Shown here in pieces: positions 1-11,738 of a stretch of DNA of 64,000 bases (positions within the stretch are counted from its first letter, which is position 1; each line of letters opens with the position of its first letter). Location: assembly GCF_013315695.1 (NCBI RefSeq), contig NZ_CP054353.1. The stretch is one strand, 5' to 3'. Source of the stretch: Escherichia coli. GTDB lineage: Bacteria > Pseudomonadota > Gammaproteobacteria > Enterobacterales > Enterobacteriaceae. Both the position numbers and the translations under genes were made by a program. The notes beneath the pieces were generated by a model. It made no database searches. It had not been told where the DNA came from and worked only from the letters and a program-made list of their open reading frames with translations.

Positions 1-26
1 CTTTCTATCAATTCTGACTTGGTCAT
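1..26 (-). CDS. ihfB: integration host factor beta subunit, first 8-9 codons only (gene runs off window start)
   Basis: Reverse complement of 1-26 reads ATGACCAAGTCAGAATTGATAGAAAG = MTKSELIE; GGAGG Shine-Dalgarno on minus strand at 31-35; lies downstream of rpsA as in E. coli. Confidence 0.6.
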
Positions 27-153
27 GATTCCTCCGGTTCCTTAAAGGCAAATTTAGCGGCTGCTGTTGCTGCATTGATTAAGGGCGGCCGTAGCCGCCC
101 TTAGTGCTTGATTACAGGACGAAACCTGCAATCTGTCAAGTAAACTCAACAAA

Positions 154-175
154 CTTCGGAATAAAAATCCCGAAG
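154..175 (-). terminator. stem-loop directly downstream of rpsA stop, candidate rpsA terminator (a second GC-rich hairpin GGGCGGC-CGTA-GCCGCCC lies at 83-100)
   Basis: CTTCGG (154-159) pairs with CCGAAG (170-175); on the minus strand it is followed by TTTGTTG. Confidence 0.4.
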
Positions 176-185
176 AGTCAGAGAA

Positions 186-1859
186 TTACTCGCCTTTAGC
201 TGCTTTGAAAGCTTCAGCCATTGCGTTGTTGGAGAAGTTTGCATCTTCCTGTTTGTTAACAGTTGCGATTGCATCTTTCTCGTCAGCTTCGTCTTTCGCA
301 CGAACAGACAGGCTGATTGCGCGGTTTTTACGATCAACGCCGGTGAATTTAGCTTCAACTTCGTCGCCAACGCTCAGAACCAGGGTAGCGTCTTCAACGC
401 GGTCACGGGATGCTTCAGAAGCACGCAGGTAACCTTCAACGCCGTCAGCCAGTTCTACGGTTGCGCCTTTAGCGTCAACTGCAGTTACTTTACCGGTTAC
501 GATAGCGCCTTTCTTGTTCAGAGCAACCCAGTTGTTGAACGGATCTTCTGCGAGCTGTTTAACGCCCAGGGAGATACGTTCACGTTCTGCGTCAACCTGC
601 AGAACAACTGCAGCGATTTCGTCGCCTTTTTTGTATTCACGAACTGCTTCTTCGCCTGCAACGTTCCAGGAGATGTCAGACAGGTGAACCAGGCCGTCGA
701 TGCCGCCGTCCAGGCCGATGAAGATACCGAAGTCAGTGATAGACTTGATTTTACCTTCAACACGGTCACCCTTGTTGTGGGTTTCCGCGAACTGCTGCCA
801 CGGGTTAGCTTTGCACTGTTTCAGACCCAGGGAGATACGACGACGTTCTTCGTCGATATCCAGAACCATAACTTCCACTACATCGCCAACGTTAACAACT
901 TTGGACGGGTGGATGTTTTTGTTGGTCCAATCCATTTCGGAAACGTGTACCAGGCCTTCAACACCTTCTTCGATTTCAACGAAGCAGCCGTAGTCGGTCA
1001 GGTTGGTCACGCGACCAGTCAGTTTGGTACCTTCCGGATAACGTTTAGCGATAGCTACCCACGGATCTTCACCCAGCTGTTTCAGGCCCAGGGATACACG
1101 GGTACGTTCGCGGTCGAACTTCAGCACTTTAACAGTGATTTCGTCGCCCACGTTGACGATTTCGCTCGGATGCTTAACGCGTTTCCAGGCCATATCAGTG
1201 ATGTGCAGCAGGCCGTCAACGCCGCCCAGATCAACGAATGCACCGTAGTCAGTGAGGTTCTTAACGATACCTTTAACTTCCATGCCTTCCTGCAGGTTTT
1301 CCAGCAGCTGATCGCGCTCTGCGCTGTTTTCGGATTCGATAACGGCACGACGAGAAACAACAACGTTGTTGCGCTTCTGATCCAGCTTGATTACTTTGAA
1401 TTCAAGCTCTTTGCCTTCCAGGTGCAGAGTGTCACGCACCGGACGAACGTCTACCAGAGAACCTGGCAGGAACGCACGAATACCGTTCAGCTCAACAGTG
1501 AAGCCGCCCTTAACTTTGCCGTTGATAACACCGGTAACAGTTTCAGCATCTTCGTAAGCTTTTTCCAGCGTGATCCAGGCTTCGTGACGTTTAGCTTTCT
1601 CACGGGACAGCAGAGTTTCACCGAAGCCGTCTTCTACTGCGTCCAGAGCAACGTCAACTTCGTCACCTACCTGGATTTCCAGCTCGCCCTGGGCGTTTTT
1701 GAACTGCTCAGCCGGGATGGCGGACTCAGATTTCAGACCAGCGTCAACCAGTACTACGTCTTTGTCGATAGCAACAACAACGCCACGAACGATAGAACCC
1801 GGGCGGGTTTCGATTTCTTTTAAGGACTCTTCAAAGAGTTGAGCAAAAGATTCAGTCAT
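186..1859 (-). CDS. rpsA: 30S ribosomal protein S1
   Basis: 557-aa ORF with six repeated S1 domains, starts [26 protein letters not shown]. Confidence 0.97.
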
Positions 1860-1969
1860 GTTTAATCTTCAGGTTTATATTTAACGTCCACCTGGCTCCA
1901 TGCCGGATGGGGTTGTTTAACATACCCGCTGTCATTCCATTGCAACGGGGGTACTGCAAATTCGGTCGC

Positions 1970-2653
1970 TTATGCGAGAGCCAATTTCTGGCGCGCGTAT
2001 TGTAGCGCTTTTTCAATCACTTGCTCAATGCTTAAGGTGGTGGAATCCAACACTAAAGCATCGGCTGCCGGAACCAGTGGCGCTACCGCTCGGTTACGAT
2101 CGCGGTCGTCGCGTTCTTTGATCTCGGCCAAAAGGCGCTCAAAGTTAACACTAAAGCCCTTCTCCTGCAACTGTAGCATGCGGCGATGCGCACGTTCTTC
2201 CGAGGAGGCGTCAAGGAAAATTTTCACTGGCGCATCAGGGAATACCACCGTTCCCATGTCGCGGCCATCGGCAATCAGGCCTGGTAATTCGCGAAACGCG
2301 CGTTGGCGACGCAATAATGCTTCACGAACGCGTGGGAATGCCGCGACTTGTGAAGCAGCATTCGCCACTTCCTGAGTACGAATTTCGCCGCTGACATCTT
2401 CCCCTTCGAGGATCACTTCCAGATTGCCATTGGTCGACACAAAACGTACATCCAGATGGGATGCCAGCGGCACCAGCGCATCTTCCGAAGCAACATCAAC
2501 ATGGTGATGTAATGCCGCCAGTGCCAGTACGCGATAAATTGCACCCGAATCCAGCAGATGCCATTGCAACGCTTCCGCCATAGCCTTACACAAGGTGCCT
2601 TTCCCTGCACCGCTTGGGCCATCAATGGTAATAACCGGGGCAATTGCCGTCAT
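1970..2653 (-). CDS. cmk: cytidylate kinase
   Basis: 227-aa ORF with P-loop GPSGAGKGT; position between rpsA and ycaL. Confidence 0.95.
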
Positions 2654-2825
2654 CTTTATCTCCTTAAAACAGGCGTACCGTTAACATAACCGCGCGCATT
2701 ATACGCGCCGACGCCACAAATCGTTAACGTTGTGTGCAAAAACCAGTTTTGTCTGTATTCAGATGGGGATTTATTGCGCAATTATAGCGGGCTGGCAGAA
2801 GACCAGCCCGAAAGATGACAATGAT

Positions 2826-3590
2826 TTACTTACCAGAGGCGATACGATCACGGATGTGTTGCGCACGCTCTGTTGATGGTGGGTGAGAGTCAAACATGGA
2901 CTGGGTACGACCGCCATCCAGGCTGGCCAATTTTTCAAAGCTGCCAACCAGCCCCTGGGTGCTGATGCCACGTTTCTTCAACAGATCAAAGGAGAAATCA
3001 TCTGCTTCGGACTCTTTATCGCGGGAGTATTTAGCATTGATCGCGCCTTCTGCGATATCACCTAATTGTGAGCGAGAAAGCTGGGAAGCCACACCGCTGG
3101 TAGCGGAAATCGCATCACGTGCGGCAACGATCGCATAAGAAGCTTTCATTTCAGCCAGCGAGTGACCCAACGCGACGTGGCCCAGTTCATGACCCAGAAC
3201 GCCTTCAATTTCGTTGTCGTTCATCATGTCCATCAGGCCACTGTAGACACGAACACAGCCGTTCGCCATCGCCCATGCGTTGACGTCGCTGGTCATATAA
3301 ACCTTATAGTTGACCGGCGTGCCATTAATATTGTTACCCAATGCTTTGGCGATTTTTGCCAGACGTTTACCGTACTTGCTGGATTTACTTGCGACTTGAT
3401 TGCCGCTGTCCATTTCGGCACAGCCCTGATTGGCAATCGCTTTTGCATCAGCATCGCTTAACGTTGCTGCTTTATAGGCATTTAAACCTGAGCTGATAGC
3501 CATATTGGTATCAATACCGTGGGTATTTTGACACCCTGTCAGTAATGCTGCAGAGGCCGCAATCGCCAGCAGTAATTTAGTATTCTTCAT
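2826..3590 (-). CDS. ycaL: M48-family metallopeptidase lipoprotein
   Basis: Lipoprotein signal MKNTKLLLAIAASAALLTGC and HELGH zinc motif; ORF track starts 8 codons upstream at 3614. Confidence 0.85.
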   Translation of the reverse strand: MKNTKLLLAIAASAALLTGCQNTHGIDTNMAISSGLNAYKAATLSDADAKAIANQGCAEMDSGNQVASKSSKYGKRLAKIAKALGNNINGTPVNYKVYMTSDVNAWAMANGCVRVYSGLMDMMNDNEIEGVLGHELGHVALGHSLAEMKASYAIVAARDAISATSGVASQLSRSQLGDIAEGAINAKYSRDKESEADDFSFDLLKKRGISTQGLVGSFEKLASLDGGRTQSMFDSHPPSTERAQHIRDRIASGK

Positions 3591-3699
3591 GTGAATCATC
3601 CGTTGATTAATCATATATAAATATTATGTATCAACAACTTACATTGACAAGCGACGCTACCATTAATCAAAATGACTCACAAGGTCCGAAAAAAAACGC

Positions 3700-3712
3700 C
3701 GACAATGTGCCG
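3700..3712. repeat. IS4 target-site duplication, left copy (CGACAATGTGCCG)
   Basis: Identical 13 bp at 5139-5151 immediately flank the element. Confidence 0.85.
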
Positions 3713-5138
3713 TAATGCCGATCAGTTAAGGATCAGTTGACCGATCCAGTGGCTGTGTAAGAATCCGGAAACGCTCACTTGTTTCCGGATTTTTTTATGC
3801 ACATTGGACAGGCTCTTGATCTGGTATCCCGTTACGATTCTCTGCGTAACCCACTGACTTCTCTGGGGGATTACCTCGACCCCGAACTCATCTCTCGTTG
3901 CCTTGCCGAATCAGGTACTGTAACGCTACGCAAGCGCCGTCTTCCCCTCGAAATGATGGTCTGGTGTATTGTTGGCATGGCGCTTGAGCGTAAAGAACCT
4001 CTTCACCAGATTGTGAATCGCCTGGACATCATGCTGCCGGGCAATCGCCCCTTCGTTGCCCCCAGTGCCGTTATTCAGGCCCGCCAGCGCCTGGGAAGTG
4101 AGGCTGTCCGCCGCGTGTTCACGAAAACAGCGCAGCTCTGGCATAACGCCACGCCGCATCCGCACTGGTGCGGCCTGACCCTGCTGGCCATCGATGGTGT
4201 GTTCTGGCGCACACCGGATACACCAGAGAACGATGCAGCCTTCCCCCGCCAGACACATGCCGGGAACCCGGCGCTCTACCCGCAGGTCAAAATGGTCTGC
4301 CAGATGGAACTGACCAGCCATCTGCTGACGGCTGCAGCCTTCGGCACGATGAAGAACAGCGAAAATGAGCTTGCTGAGCAACTTATAGAACAAACCGGCG
4401 ATAACACTCTGACGTTAATGGATAAAGGTTATTACTCACTGGGACTGTTAAATGCCTGGAGCCTGGCGGGAGAACACCGCCACTGGATGATACCTCTCAG
4501 AAAGGGAGCGCAATATGAAGAGATCAGAAAACTGGGTAAAGGCGATCATCTGGTGAAGCTGAAAACCAGCCCGCAGGCACGAAAAAAGTGGCCGGGACTG
4601 GGAAATGAAGTGACAGCCCGCCTGCTGACCGTGACGCGCAAAGGAAAAGTCTGCCATCTGCTGACGTCGATGACGGACGCCATGCGCTTCCCCGGAGGAG
4701 AAATGGCGGATCTGTACAGTCATCGCTGGGAAATCGAACTGGGATACAGGGAGATAAAACAGACGATGCAACTGAGCAGGCTGACGCTGAGAAGTAAAAA
4801 ACCGGAGCTTGTGGAGCAAGAGCTGTGGGGTGTCTTACTGGCTTATAATCTGGTGAGATATCAGATGATTAAAATGGCGGAACATCTGAAAGGTTACTGG
4901 CCGAATCAACTGAGTTTCTCAGAATCATGCGGAATGGTGATGAGAATGCTGATGACATTGCAGGGCGCTTCACCGGGACGTATACCGGAGCTGATGCGCG
5001 ATCTTGCAAGTATGGGACAACTTGTGAAATTACCGACAAGAAGGGAAAGGGCCTTCCCGAGAGTGGTAAAGGAGAGGCCCTGGAAATACCCCACAGCCCC
5101 GAAAAAGAGCCAGTCAGTTGCTTAACTGACTGGCATTA
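3713..5138 (+). mobile_element. IS4 insertion sequence, complete (1426 bp)
   Basis: Terminal inverted repeats TAATGCCGATCAGTTAAG (left) and CTTAACTGACTGGCATTA (right); single DDE transposase ORF; flanked by 13-bp direct repeat. Confidence 0.9.
3797..5125 (+). CDS. insG: IS4 transposase (InsG-like)
   Basis: 442-aa ORF from [16 protein letters not shown]; ORF track extends 6 codons upstream to 3779. Confidence 0.9.
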   Translation: MHIGQALDLVSRYDSLRNPLTSLGDYLDPELISRCLAESGTVTLRKRRLPLEMMVWCIVGMALERKEPLHQIVNRLDIMLPGNRPFVAPSAVIQARQRLGSEAVRRVFTKTAQLWHNATPHPHWCGLTLLAIDGVFWRTPDTPENDAAFPRQTHAGNPALYPQVKMVCQMELTSHLLTAAAFGTMKNSENELAEQLIEQTGDNTLTLMDKGYYSLGLLNAWSLAGEHRHWMIPLRKGAQYEEIRKLGKGDHLVKLKTSPQARKKWPGLGNEVTARLLTVTRKGKVCHLLTSMTDAMRFPGGEMADLYSHRWEIELGYREIKQTMQLSRLTLRSKKPELVEQELWGVLLAYNLVRYQMIKMAEHLKGYWPNQLSFSESCGMVMRMLMTLQGASPGRIPELMRDLASMGQLVKLPTRRERAFPRVVKERPWKYPTAPKKSQSVA

Positions 5139-5151
5139 CGACAATGTGCCG
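5139..5151. repeat. IS4 target-site duplication, right copy (CGACAATGTGCCG)
   Basis: Matches 3700-3712. Confidence 0.85.
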
Positions 5152-5197
5152 ACGTTTTGATAAAGAAAGATTTGGCTATTTATTGCACGTTGTTCAT

Positions 5198-6481
5198 TCA
5201 GGCTGCCTGGCTAATCCGCGCCAGCTGCTCGAAATAATCCGGAAATGTTTTGGCCGTGCATTTGGGATCAAGAATCGTCACTGCCGTATCTGATAATGCG
5301 ACCAGCGAGAAACACATCGCCATCCGGTGATCATTATAAGTGGCGATCTCAGCAAATTTCAGTTTTTCCGGTGGCGTAATGCGAATAAAATCGTGCCCCT
5401 CTTCGACTTCCGCACCAACTTTACGCAGTTCTGTTGCCATCGCAAACAGGCGATCGGTCTCTTTAACACGCCAGTTATAGATATTGCGCAGCGTGGTGGT
5501 GCCTTTTGCAAATAACGCCGCCGTGGCAATGGTCATCGCCGCATCAGGAATATGGTTCATATCCATATCAATGGCGTTCAGTTCACCACGCGTGCAGGAA
5601 ATATAATCATCGCCCCAGCAAATGGTCGCACCCATTTTTTCCAGCACATCAGCAAAGCGAATATCACCCTGCATACTGTTGCGTCCAATGCCGGTCACTT
5701 TTACAGTGCCGCCTCTGATTGCTGCTGCTGCCAGGAAATAAGAAGCCGAGGATGCATCGCCTTCGACCAAATAAGTACCCGGAGACTGATAAGACTGCCC
5801 CCCTTTTACGACAAATTGTTGATAGTGCTGATTTTCAATTTCAACACCAAACGTCTTCATCAGATTGAGGGTGATGTCGATATAAGGTTTAGAAACCAGA
5901 TCGCCTTTAATACGAATCACCGTATCTTCCGACGCAAGAGGTGCAGTCATTAACAGTGCGGTGAGGAACTGGCTGGAAACGGAGCCATCAACGTCAACGT
6001 TGCCGCCAGTAAAGCCGCCCTGTAAACGCAATGGTGGATAATTTTCTTGTTCCAGGTAAGTGATCTTCGCCCCGCCCAGGCGCAGCGCATCCACCAGATG
6101 ACCAATGGGGCGTTCTTTCATACGCGGTTCACCGGTCAGCACAATATCATTGCTACCCAGACAAAGAGCTGCCGCCAGCGGACGCATTGCCGTTCCGGCG
6201 TTACCGAGGAACAACTCCAGGGCACTTTTTGCGTGTAATGGACCGCCGTTACCGATGATTTCGCAACGCGTACGATCGGCTGAAAGCGTATAGCTTACCC
6301 CTAACGCTGCTAATGCATTCAGCATATGGCGCACGTCATCGCTATCCAGCAGATTGGTTAATACTGTTTTGCCATGTGCTAATGCCGCCAGCAATAAAGC
6401 GCGGTTAGAAACGCTCTTGGAACCAGGCAGATTAATGGTGCCATCGACACGAGCGATGGGTTGTAACGTCAGGGATTCCAT
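5198..6481 (-). CDS. aroA: 3-phosphoshikimate 1-carboxyvinyltransferase (EPSP synthase)
   Basis: 427-aa ORF starting [23 protein letters not shown]. Confidence 0.97.
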   Translation of the reverse strand: MESLTLQPIARVDGTINLPGSKSVSNRALLLAALAHGKTVLTNLLDSDDVRHMLNALAALGVSYTLSADRTRCEIIGNGGPLHAKSALELFLGNAGTAMRPLAAALCLGSNDIVLTGEPRMKERPIGHLVDALRLGGAKITYLEQENYPPLRLQGGFTGGNVDVDGSVSSQFLTALLMTAPLASEDTVIRIKGDLVSKPYIDITLNLMKTFGVEIENQHYQQFVVKGGQSYQSPGTYLVEGDASSASYFLAAAAIRGGTVKVTGIGRNSMQGDIRFADVLEKMGATICWGDDYISCTRGELNAIDMDMNHIPDAAMTIATAALFAKGTTTLRNIYNWRVKETDRLFAMATELRKVGAEVEEGHDFIRITPPEKLKFAEIATYNDHRMAMCFSLVALSDTAVTILDPKCTAKTFPDYFEQLARISQAA

Positions 6482-6551
6482 GAACTCAACTCTCTACAAC
6501 AGAAATAAAAACCCCACAGGCTGGCTGTGGGGATTAAGCAAAATTTCGGCA

Positions 6552-7640
6552 TTAGCCGTGACGGCGTTCGAACTCAACCATGAAGTCTGTCAGCGCTTTA
6601 ACGCCTTCCAGCGGCATGGCGTTATAAATAGACGCGCGCATTCCGCCGACCACACGGTGACCTTTCAGCGCATGAAGGCCAGCAGCAAAAGACTCTTCAA
6701 GGAACAATTTGTCAAGCGCACTGTCCGCCAACTGGAACGGCACGTTCATCCGCGAACGGTTAGCTTTCGCCACGTCATTGCGGTAGAAATCGCTGTTATC
6801 AATCACCCCATACAGCAGTTCTGCTTTTTGCTGATTGATTTTATCCATTGCAGCTACACCGCCGTTCGCTTTCAGCCATTTAAAGACCAGACCAGACAGA
6901 TACCAGGCAAATGTCGGCGGCGTGTTGAACATGGAATCGTTATCGTTGAGGATGGAGTAATCCAGAATCGATGGGCAGGCGATATTCGCTTTGCCCAGCA
7001 AATCTTCACGAACGATGACGATTGTCAGGCCAGCCGGGCCGATATTTTTCTGCGCGCCAGCGTAAATTACCCCATAACGGCTGACATCAATCGGACGGGA
7101 AAGAATGGTTGAAGAGAAGTCGGCGGCGACCACCACATCTTTGCCGAAGTCTGGCGTTTCGTCGATGGCGATACCGTCGATGGTTTCATTCGGGCAGTAA
7201 TGCATATAAGCAGCATTATCAGAGAGCTGCCATTCTCGCATTGGCTTAACCGCGCGCAGACCATCAACAGTCACTTTGGCGTCAAAGACATTAGGCGTGC
7301 AGTATTTTTTCGCTTCTTTAATGGCACTTGCCGCCCAGTAACCGGCATCAACATAATCTGCAGTGGTTTTATCACCGAGAATATTCAGCGGAACAGCAGC
7401 AAACTGACCGCGACCGCCGCCATGGCAGAACAATACCTTGTAGTTGGAGGGGACATTAAGAAGATCGCGAAAATCCTTCTCGGCTTCCTCTGCAACCTGA
7501 ATGAACTCTTTGCCCCGGTGACTCACTTCCATCACCGACGTACCAAGACCGTTCCAGTCGCGCAGTTCCTGTTGAGCCTGTTTAAGCACCTCTGCCGGTA
7601 GCATTGCCGGACCAGAACTAAAATTGAAGATTTGAGCCAT
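6552..7640 (-). CDS. serC: phosphoserine aminotransferase
   Basis: 362-aa ORF starting [15 protein letters not shown]; upstream of aroA in the same orientation (serC-aroA operon). Confidence 0.97.
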   Translation of the reverse strand: MAQIFNFSSGPAMLPAEVLKQAQQELRDWNGLGTSVMEVSHRGKEFIQVAEEAEKDFRDLLNVPSNYKVLFCHGGGRGQFAAVPLNILGDKTTADYVDAGYWAASAIKEAKKYCTPNVFDAKVTVDGLRAVKPMREWQLSDNAAYMHYCPNETIDGIAIDETPDFGKDVVVAADFSSTILSRPIDVSRYGVIYAGAQKNIGPAGLTIVIVREDLLGKANIACPSILDYSILNDNDSMFNTPPTFAWYLSGLVFKWLKANGGVAAMDKINQQKAELLYGVIDNSDFYRNDVAKANRSRMNVPFQLADSALDKLFLEESFAAGLHALKGHRVVGGMRASIYNAMPLEGVKALTDFMVEFERRHG

Positions 7641-7838
7641 TTCCCCTCACCACGTTGCGTTGCTATTAACCCGCGGTCAATCGATTGCGACCACAGGTAA
7701 TACATTATTCCTGTGGCTATCGGTTTTATCATTCAGTGACACACATCGCAATGAGTAAAACCGTTGAGGGCAAAAATGTGGCTTGCATCACACAAAAGAA
7801 TCTCTCGGATTATTAGCAAAAAGCCGATGTTTTTACTG

Positions 7839-8531
7839 TCACGTCACCCGTTTTGCCCGACTTGCCTTCGTCCATTCTGGATTTGCACAGCGCGGACATA
7901 ATTGTTTTTCCCCCGCGTTCATATGAATGATTTCACTGCAACGAATGCAGGCATAGTCCGCCGACTCGGGTACCACTTTGTAACGCTGAGTACAATCACT
8001 GGGTAAAATAAGTAAACCCGGTTTCACCTTGTCATCTTCAAAGAAATAGACACTGATTTGCCCGTTGGTTTCGAGAATCGCCAGACGTACCTGCCCCAAC
8101 TGCTCCACTCCACGCAGTCGCAGCTCCATAAAGAACTCAAATTCCGTCATGTTGGAGTTATTAAGTTTCGACCAGGCCAGCTCACCATCCTCAATAATGA
8201 CAACCGGCTTGCCTTCCAGAAGATCTTCCAGTTTTTCACTGTGCGCCATCAACCACATTACCAGGCGGTATAACAAAGCCAGAGTAATAAAGACGATAAG
8301 TACCGGGACCATCGGCACATCATCATAAAACGCCACATCTCCCGCCGCTGACCCCAGCGTCAGAATGATTAACACTTCAAAAAGCGACATCTGCCGCACA
8401 CCGCGTCTTCCGGTCATTTTGAGGAACAAAAAAACCAGTACAAAGGTATAAAGACTACGTAGTGCCACTTCGCCAAGGAAATCAAAAGGCACTTTATCAA
8501 ATGCCATACGGTGGAGATCGAACGCCTTCAT
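7839..8531 (-). CDS. ycaP: inner-membrane protein (DUF421-like)
   Basis: 230-aa ORF with N-terminal hydrophobic helices; synteny between serC and ycaO. Confidence 0.8.
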   Translation of the reverse strand: MKAFDLHRMAFDKVPFDFLGEVALRSLYTFVLVFLFLKMTGRRGVRQMSLFEVLIILTLGSAAGDVAFYDDVPMVPVLIVFITLALLYRLVMWLMAHSEKLEDLLEGKPVVIIEDGELAWSKLNNSNMTEFEFFMELRLRGVEQLGQVRLAILETNGQISVYFFEDDKVKPGLLILPSDCTQRYKVVPESADYACIRCSEIIHMNAGEKQLCPRCANPEWTKASRAKRVT

Positions 8532-8660
8532 TTTTATGCTCTTATCGTGGTTTATCCACTAAAAGCATAGTCAACAGTTCATCGGCATGGCGGCGGTGAT
8601 AGCGCCTTTGAGATAAAACCCGTATTATTGCGCGCTTTCCGTACGACTAAAGTGATTTTC

Positions 8661-10421
8661 ATGACGCAAACATTTATCCCCGGCAAAGATGCCGCACTGG
8701 AAGATTCCATCGCTCGCTTCCAGCAAAAACTTTCAGACCTCGGCTTTCAGATTGAAGAGGCCTCCTGGCTGAATCCCGTGCCTAACGTCTGGTCTGTACA
8801 TATTCGCGACAAAGAGTGCGCACTGTGTTTTACCAACGGTAAAGGCGCAACCAAAAAAGCGGCGCTGGCTTCTGCACTCGGTGAATATTTCGAGCGTCTC
8901 TCAACCAACTACTTTTTTGCTGACTTCTGGCTGGGCGAAACCATCGCCAACGGTCCGTTCGTGCATTATCCCAACGAAAAATGGTTCCCACTGAGCGAAA
9001 ATGACGATGTGCCAGAAGGGCTGCTCGATGACCGTCTGCGCGCATTTTACGATCCGGAGAATGAACTGACCGGCAGCATGCTGATTGACCTACAATCCGG
9101 TAACGAAGATCGTGGTATTTGCGGTCTACCGTTTACGCGCCAGTCCGACAATCAGACCATTTATATTCCGATGAATATCATTGGTAACTTGTACGTTTCT
9201 AACGGTATGTCTGCTGGCAATACCCGTAACGAAGCACGCGTTCAGGGGTTGTCCGAAGTTTTCGAACGTTACGTGAAAAACCGCATTATTGCTGAAAGCA
9301 TCAGCTTGCCGGAAATCCCGGCAGACGTGCTGGCGCGTTACCCAGCGGTGGTTGAAGCCATCGAAACACTGGAAGCAGAAGGTTTCCCAATCTTTGCTTA
9401 TGATGGTTCGCTTGGCGGCCAGTATCCGGTGATTTGCGTGGTACTGTTCAATCCTGCTAACGGTACCTGCTTTGCCTCTTTCGGTGCGCATCCTGATTTT
9501 GGCGTAGCACTGGAACGTACCGTGACCGAGCTGCTGCAAGGTCGTGGCCTGAAAGATTTGGATGTGTTTACTCCGCCAACCTTCGATGATGAAGAAGTTG
9601 CTGAACATACCAACCTCGAAACGCACTTTATCGATTCCAGCGGTTTAATCTCCTGGGACCTGTTCAAGCAGGATGCCGATTATCCGTTTGTGGACTGGAA
9701 TTTCTCCGGCACTACGGAAGAAGAGTTTGCTACGCTGATGGCTATCTTCAACAACGAAGATAAAGAAGTTTATATTGCCGATTACGAGCATCTGGGCGTT
9801 TATGCTTGCCGAATTATCGTGCCTGGCATGTCCGATATTTATCCGGCTGAAGATCTGTGGCTGGCGAATAACAGTATGGGCAGCCATTTACGTGAAACGA
9901 TTCTTTCGCTACCAGGTAGCGAGTGGGAAAAGGAAGATTACCTGAACCTCATCGAGCAACTGGATGAAGAAGGTTTTGATGACTTTACCCGCGTGCGTGA
10001 ACTGTTGGGTCTGGCGACCGGGTCGGATAACAGCTGGTACACTCTGCGTATCGGAGAATTAAAAGCCATGCTGGCGCTGGCTGGTGGCGATCTGGAACAG
10101 GCTCTGGTCTGGACCGAATGGACGATGGAGTTTAACTCATCAGTATTTAGTCCGGAACGCGCCAACTATTATCGCTGCCTGCAAACGTTGTTATTACTGG
10201 CGCAGGAAGAAGATCGCCAGCCGCTGCAATATTTGAATGCGTTTGTTCGCATGTACGGCGCAGATGCCGTGGAAGCCGCCAGTGCGGCAATGAGCGGTGA
10301 ATCGGCGTTTTATGGCCTGCAACCCGTAGATAGCGATCTGCACGCATTTGCTGCACATCAATCGTTGCTGAAGGCCTACGAAAAGCTGCAGCGCGCCAAA
10401 GCGGCATTCTGGGCAAAATAA
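8661..10421 (+). CDS. ycaO: YcaO-domain protein
   Basis: 586-aa product starting MTQTFIPGKDAALEDSIARF (ORF track begins 11 codons upstream at 8628). Confidence 0.9.
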   Translation: MTQTFIPGKDAALEDSIARFQQKLSDLGFQIEEASWLNPVPNVWSVHIRDKECALCFTNGKGATKKAALASALGEYFERLSTNYFFADFWLGETIANGPFVHYPNEKWFPLSENDDVPEGLLDDRLRAFYDPENELTGSMLIDLQSGNEDRGICGLPFTRQSDNQTIYIPMNIIGNLYVSNGMSAGNTRNEARVQGLSEVFERYVKNRIIAESISLPEIPADVLARYPAVVEAIETLEAEGFPIFAYDGSLGGQYPVICVVLFNPANGTCFASFGAHPDFGVALERTVTELLQGRGLKDLDVFTPPTFDDEEVAEHTNLETHFIDSSGLISWDLFKQDADYPFVDWNFSGTTEEEFATLMAIFNNEDKEVYIADYEHLGVYACRIIVPGMSDIYPAEDLWLANNSMGSHLRETILSLPGSEWEKEDYLNLIEQLDEEGFDDFTRVRELLGLATGSDNSWYTLRIGELKAMLALAGGDLEQALVWTEWTMEFNSSVFSPERANYYRCLQTLLLLAQEEDRQPLQYLNAFVRMYGADAVEAASAAMSGESAFYGLQPVDSDLHAFAAHQSLLKAYEKLQRAKAAFWAK

Positions 10422-10428
10422 AATCAAA

Positions 10429-10447
10429 TAGCCTACGCAATGTAGGC
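10429..10447 (+). terminator. stem-loop after ycaO stop (AGCCTAC-GCAAT-GTAGGCT)
   Basis: Perfect 7-bp inverted repeat; no strong U-tract. Confidence 0.35.
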
Positions 10448-10452
10448 TTAAT

Positions 10453-10826
10453 GATTCGTCTGAGTTATATTACGGGGCGTTTTTTTAATGCCCCGCTTTA
10501 CATATATTTGCATTAATAAAATAATTGTAATTATAAAGTTAAATATCGGTAATTTGTATTTAATAAATACGATCGATATTGTTACTTTATTCGCCTGGTG
10601 CTCCCTTTTAATTAACTGTTTTAGCGGAGGATGCGGAAAAAATTCAACTCATTTGTTAATTTTTAAAATTTATTTTTATTTGGATAATCAAATATTTACT
10701 CCGTATTTGCATAAAAACCATGCGAGTTACGGGCCTATAAGCCAGGCGAGATATGATCTATATCAATTTCTCATCTATAATGCTTTGTTAGTATCTCGTC
10801 GCCGACTTAATAAAGAGAGAGTTAGT
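10453..10826 (+). promoter_or_regulatory. AT-rich focA-pflB upstream regulatory region
   Basis: About 370-bp noncoding AT-rich segment ahead of focA; known in E. coli to carry multiple promoters with FNR/ArcA/IHF control, but individual sites were not mapped here. Confidence 0.5.
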
Positions 10827-11684
10827 GTGAAAGCTGACAACCCTTTTGATCTTTTACTTCCTGCAGCAATGGCCAAAGTGGCCGAAGAGGCAGGTGTCTA
10901 TAAAGCAACGAAACATCCGCTTAAGACTTTCTATCTGGCGATTACCGCCGGTGTTTTCATCTCAATCGCATTCGTCTTCTATATCACAGCAACCACTGGC
11001 ACAGGAACAATGCCCTTCGGCATGGCAAAACTGGTTGGCGGCATTTGCTTCTCTCTGGGGCTGATTCTTTGTGTTGTCTGCGGAGCCGATCTCTTTACTT
11101 CCACAGTGTTGATTGTTGTTGCTAAGGCGAGTGGGCGCATCACCTGGGGTCAGTTGGCGAAAAACTGGCTAAATGTTTATTTTGGCAACCTAGTCGGCGC
11201 ACTGCTGTTTGTACTTTTAATGTGGCTTTCCGGCGAGTATATGACCGCAAATGGTCAATGGGGACTAAACGTCCTACAAACCGCCGACCACAAAGTGCAC
11301 CATACTTTTATTGAGGCCGTCTGTCTTGGTATCCTGGCAAACCTGATGGTATGTCTGGCAGTATGGATGAGTTATTCTGGCCGCAGCCTGATGGACAAAG
11401 CGTTCATTATGGTGCTGCCGGTCGCGATGTTTGTTGCCAGCGGTTTTGAGCACAGTATCGCAAACATGTTTATGATCCCGATGGGTATTGTAATCCGCGA
11501 CTTCGCATCTCCGGAATTCTGGACCGCTGTCGGTTCTGCACCGGAAAATTTTTCTCACCTGACCGTGATGAATTTCATCACTGATAACCTGATTCCGGTT
11601 ACGATCGGTAATATTATCGGCGGTGGTTTGTTGGTTGGGTTGACATACTGGGTCATTTACCTGCGTGAAAACGATCACCATTAA
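10827..11684 (+). CDS. focA: formate channel
   Basis: GTG start giving VKADNPFDLLLPAAMAKVAEEAG, 285 aa, multi-pass membrane protein; ORF track is extended upstream to 10488. Confidence 0.9.
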   Translation: MKADNPFDLLLPAAMAKVAEEAGVYKATKHPLKTFYLAITAGVFISIAFVFYITATTGTGTMPFGMAKLVGGICFSLGLILCVVCGADLFTSTVLIVVAKASGRITWGQLAKNWLNVYFGNLVGALLFVLLMWLSGEYMTANGQWGLNVLQTADHKVHHTFIEAVCLGILANLMVCLAVWMSYSGRSLMDKAFIMVLPVAMFVASGFEHSIANMFMIPMGIVIRDFASPEFWTAVGSAPENFSHLTVMNFITDNLIPVTIGNIIGGGLLVGLTYWVIYLRENDHH

Positions 11685-11738
11685 TGGTTGTCGAAGTACG
11701 CAGTAAATAAAAAATCCACTTAAGAAGGTAGGTGTTAC

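Noticed and set aside
684-1823. 379-aa ORF antisense to rpsA
   Set aside because: Same reasoning: a shadow frame within a codon-biased core gene.
5327-6293. Several 60-130-aa + strand ORFs inside aroA
   Set aside because: Antisense shadow frames within aroA.
10471-10497. GGGGC...GCCCC inverted repeat flanking a T-run upstream of focA
   Set aside because: Stem is short with an 11-nt loop and the T-run is inside the loop, so it is not a convincing terminator.
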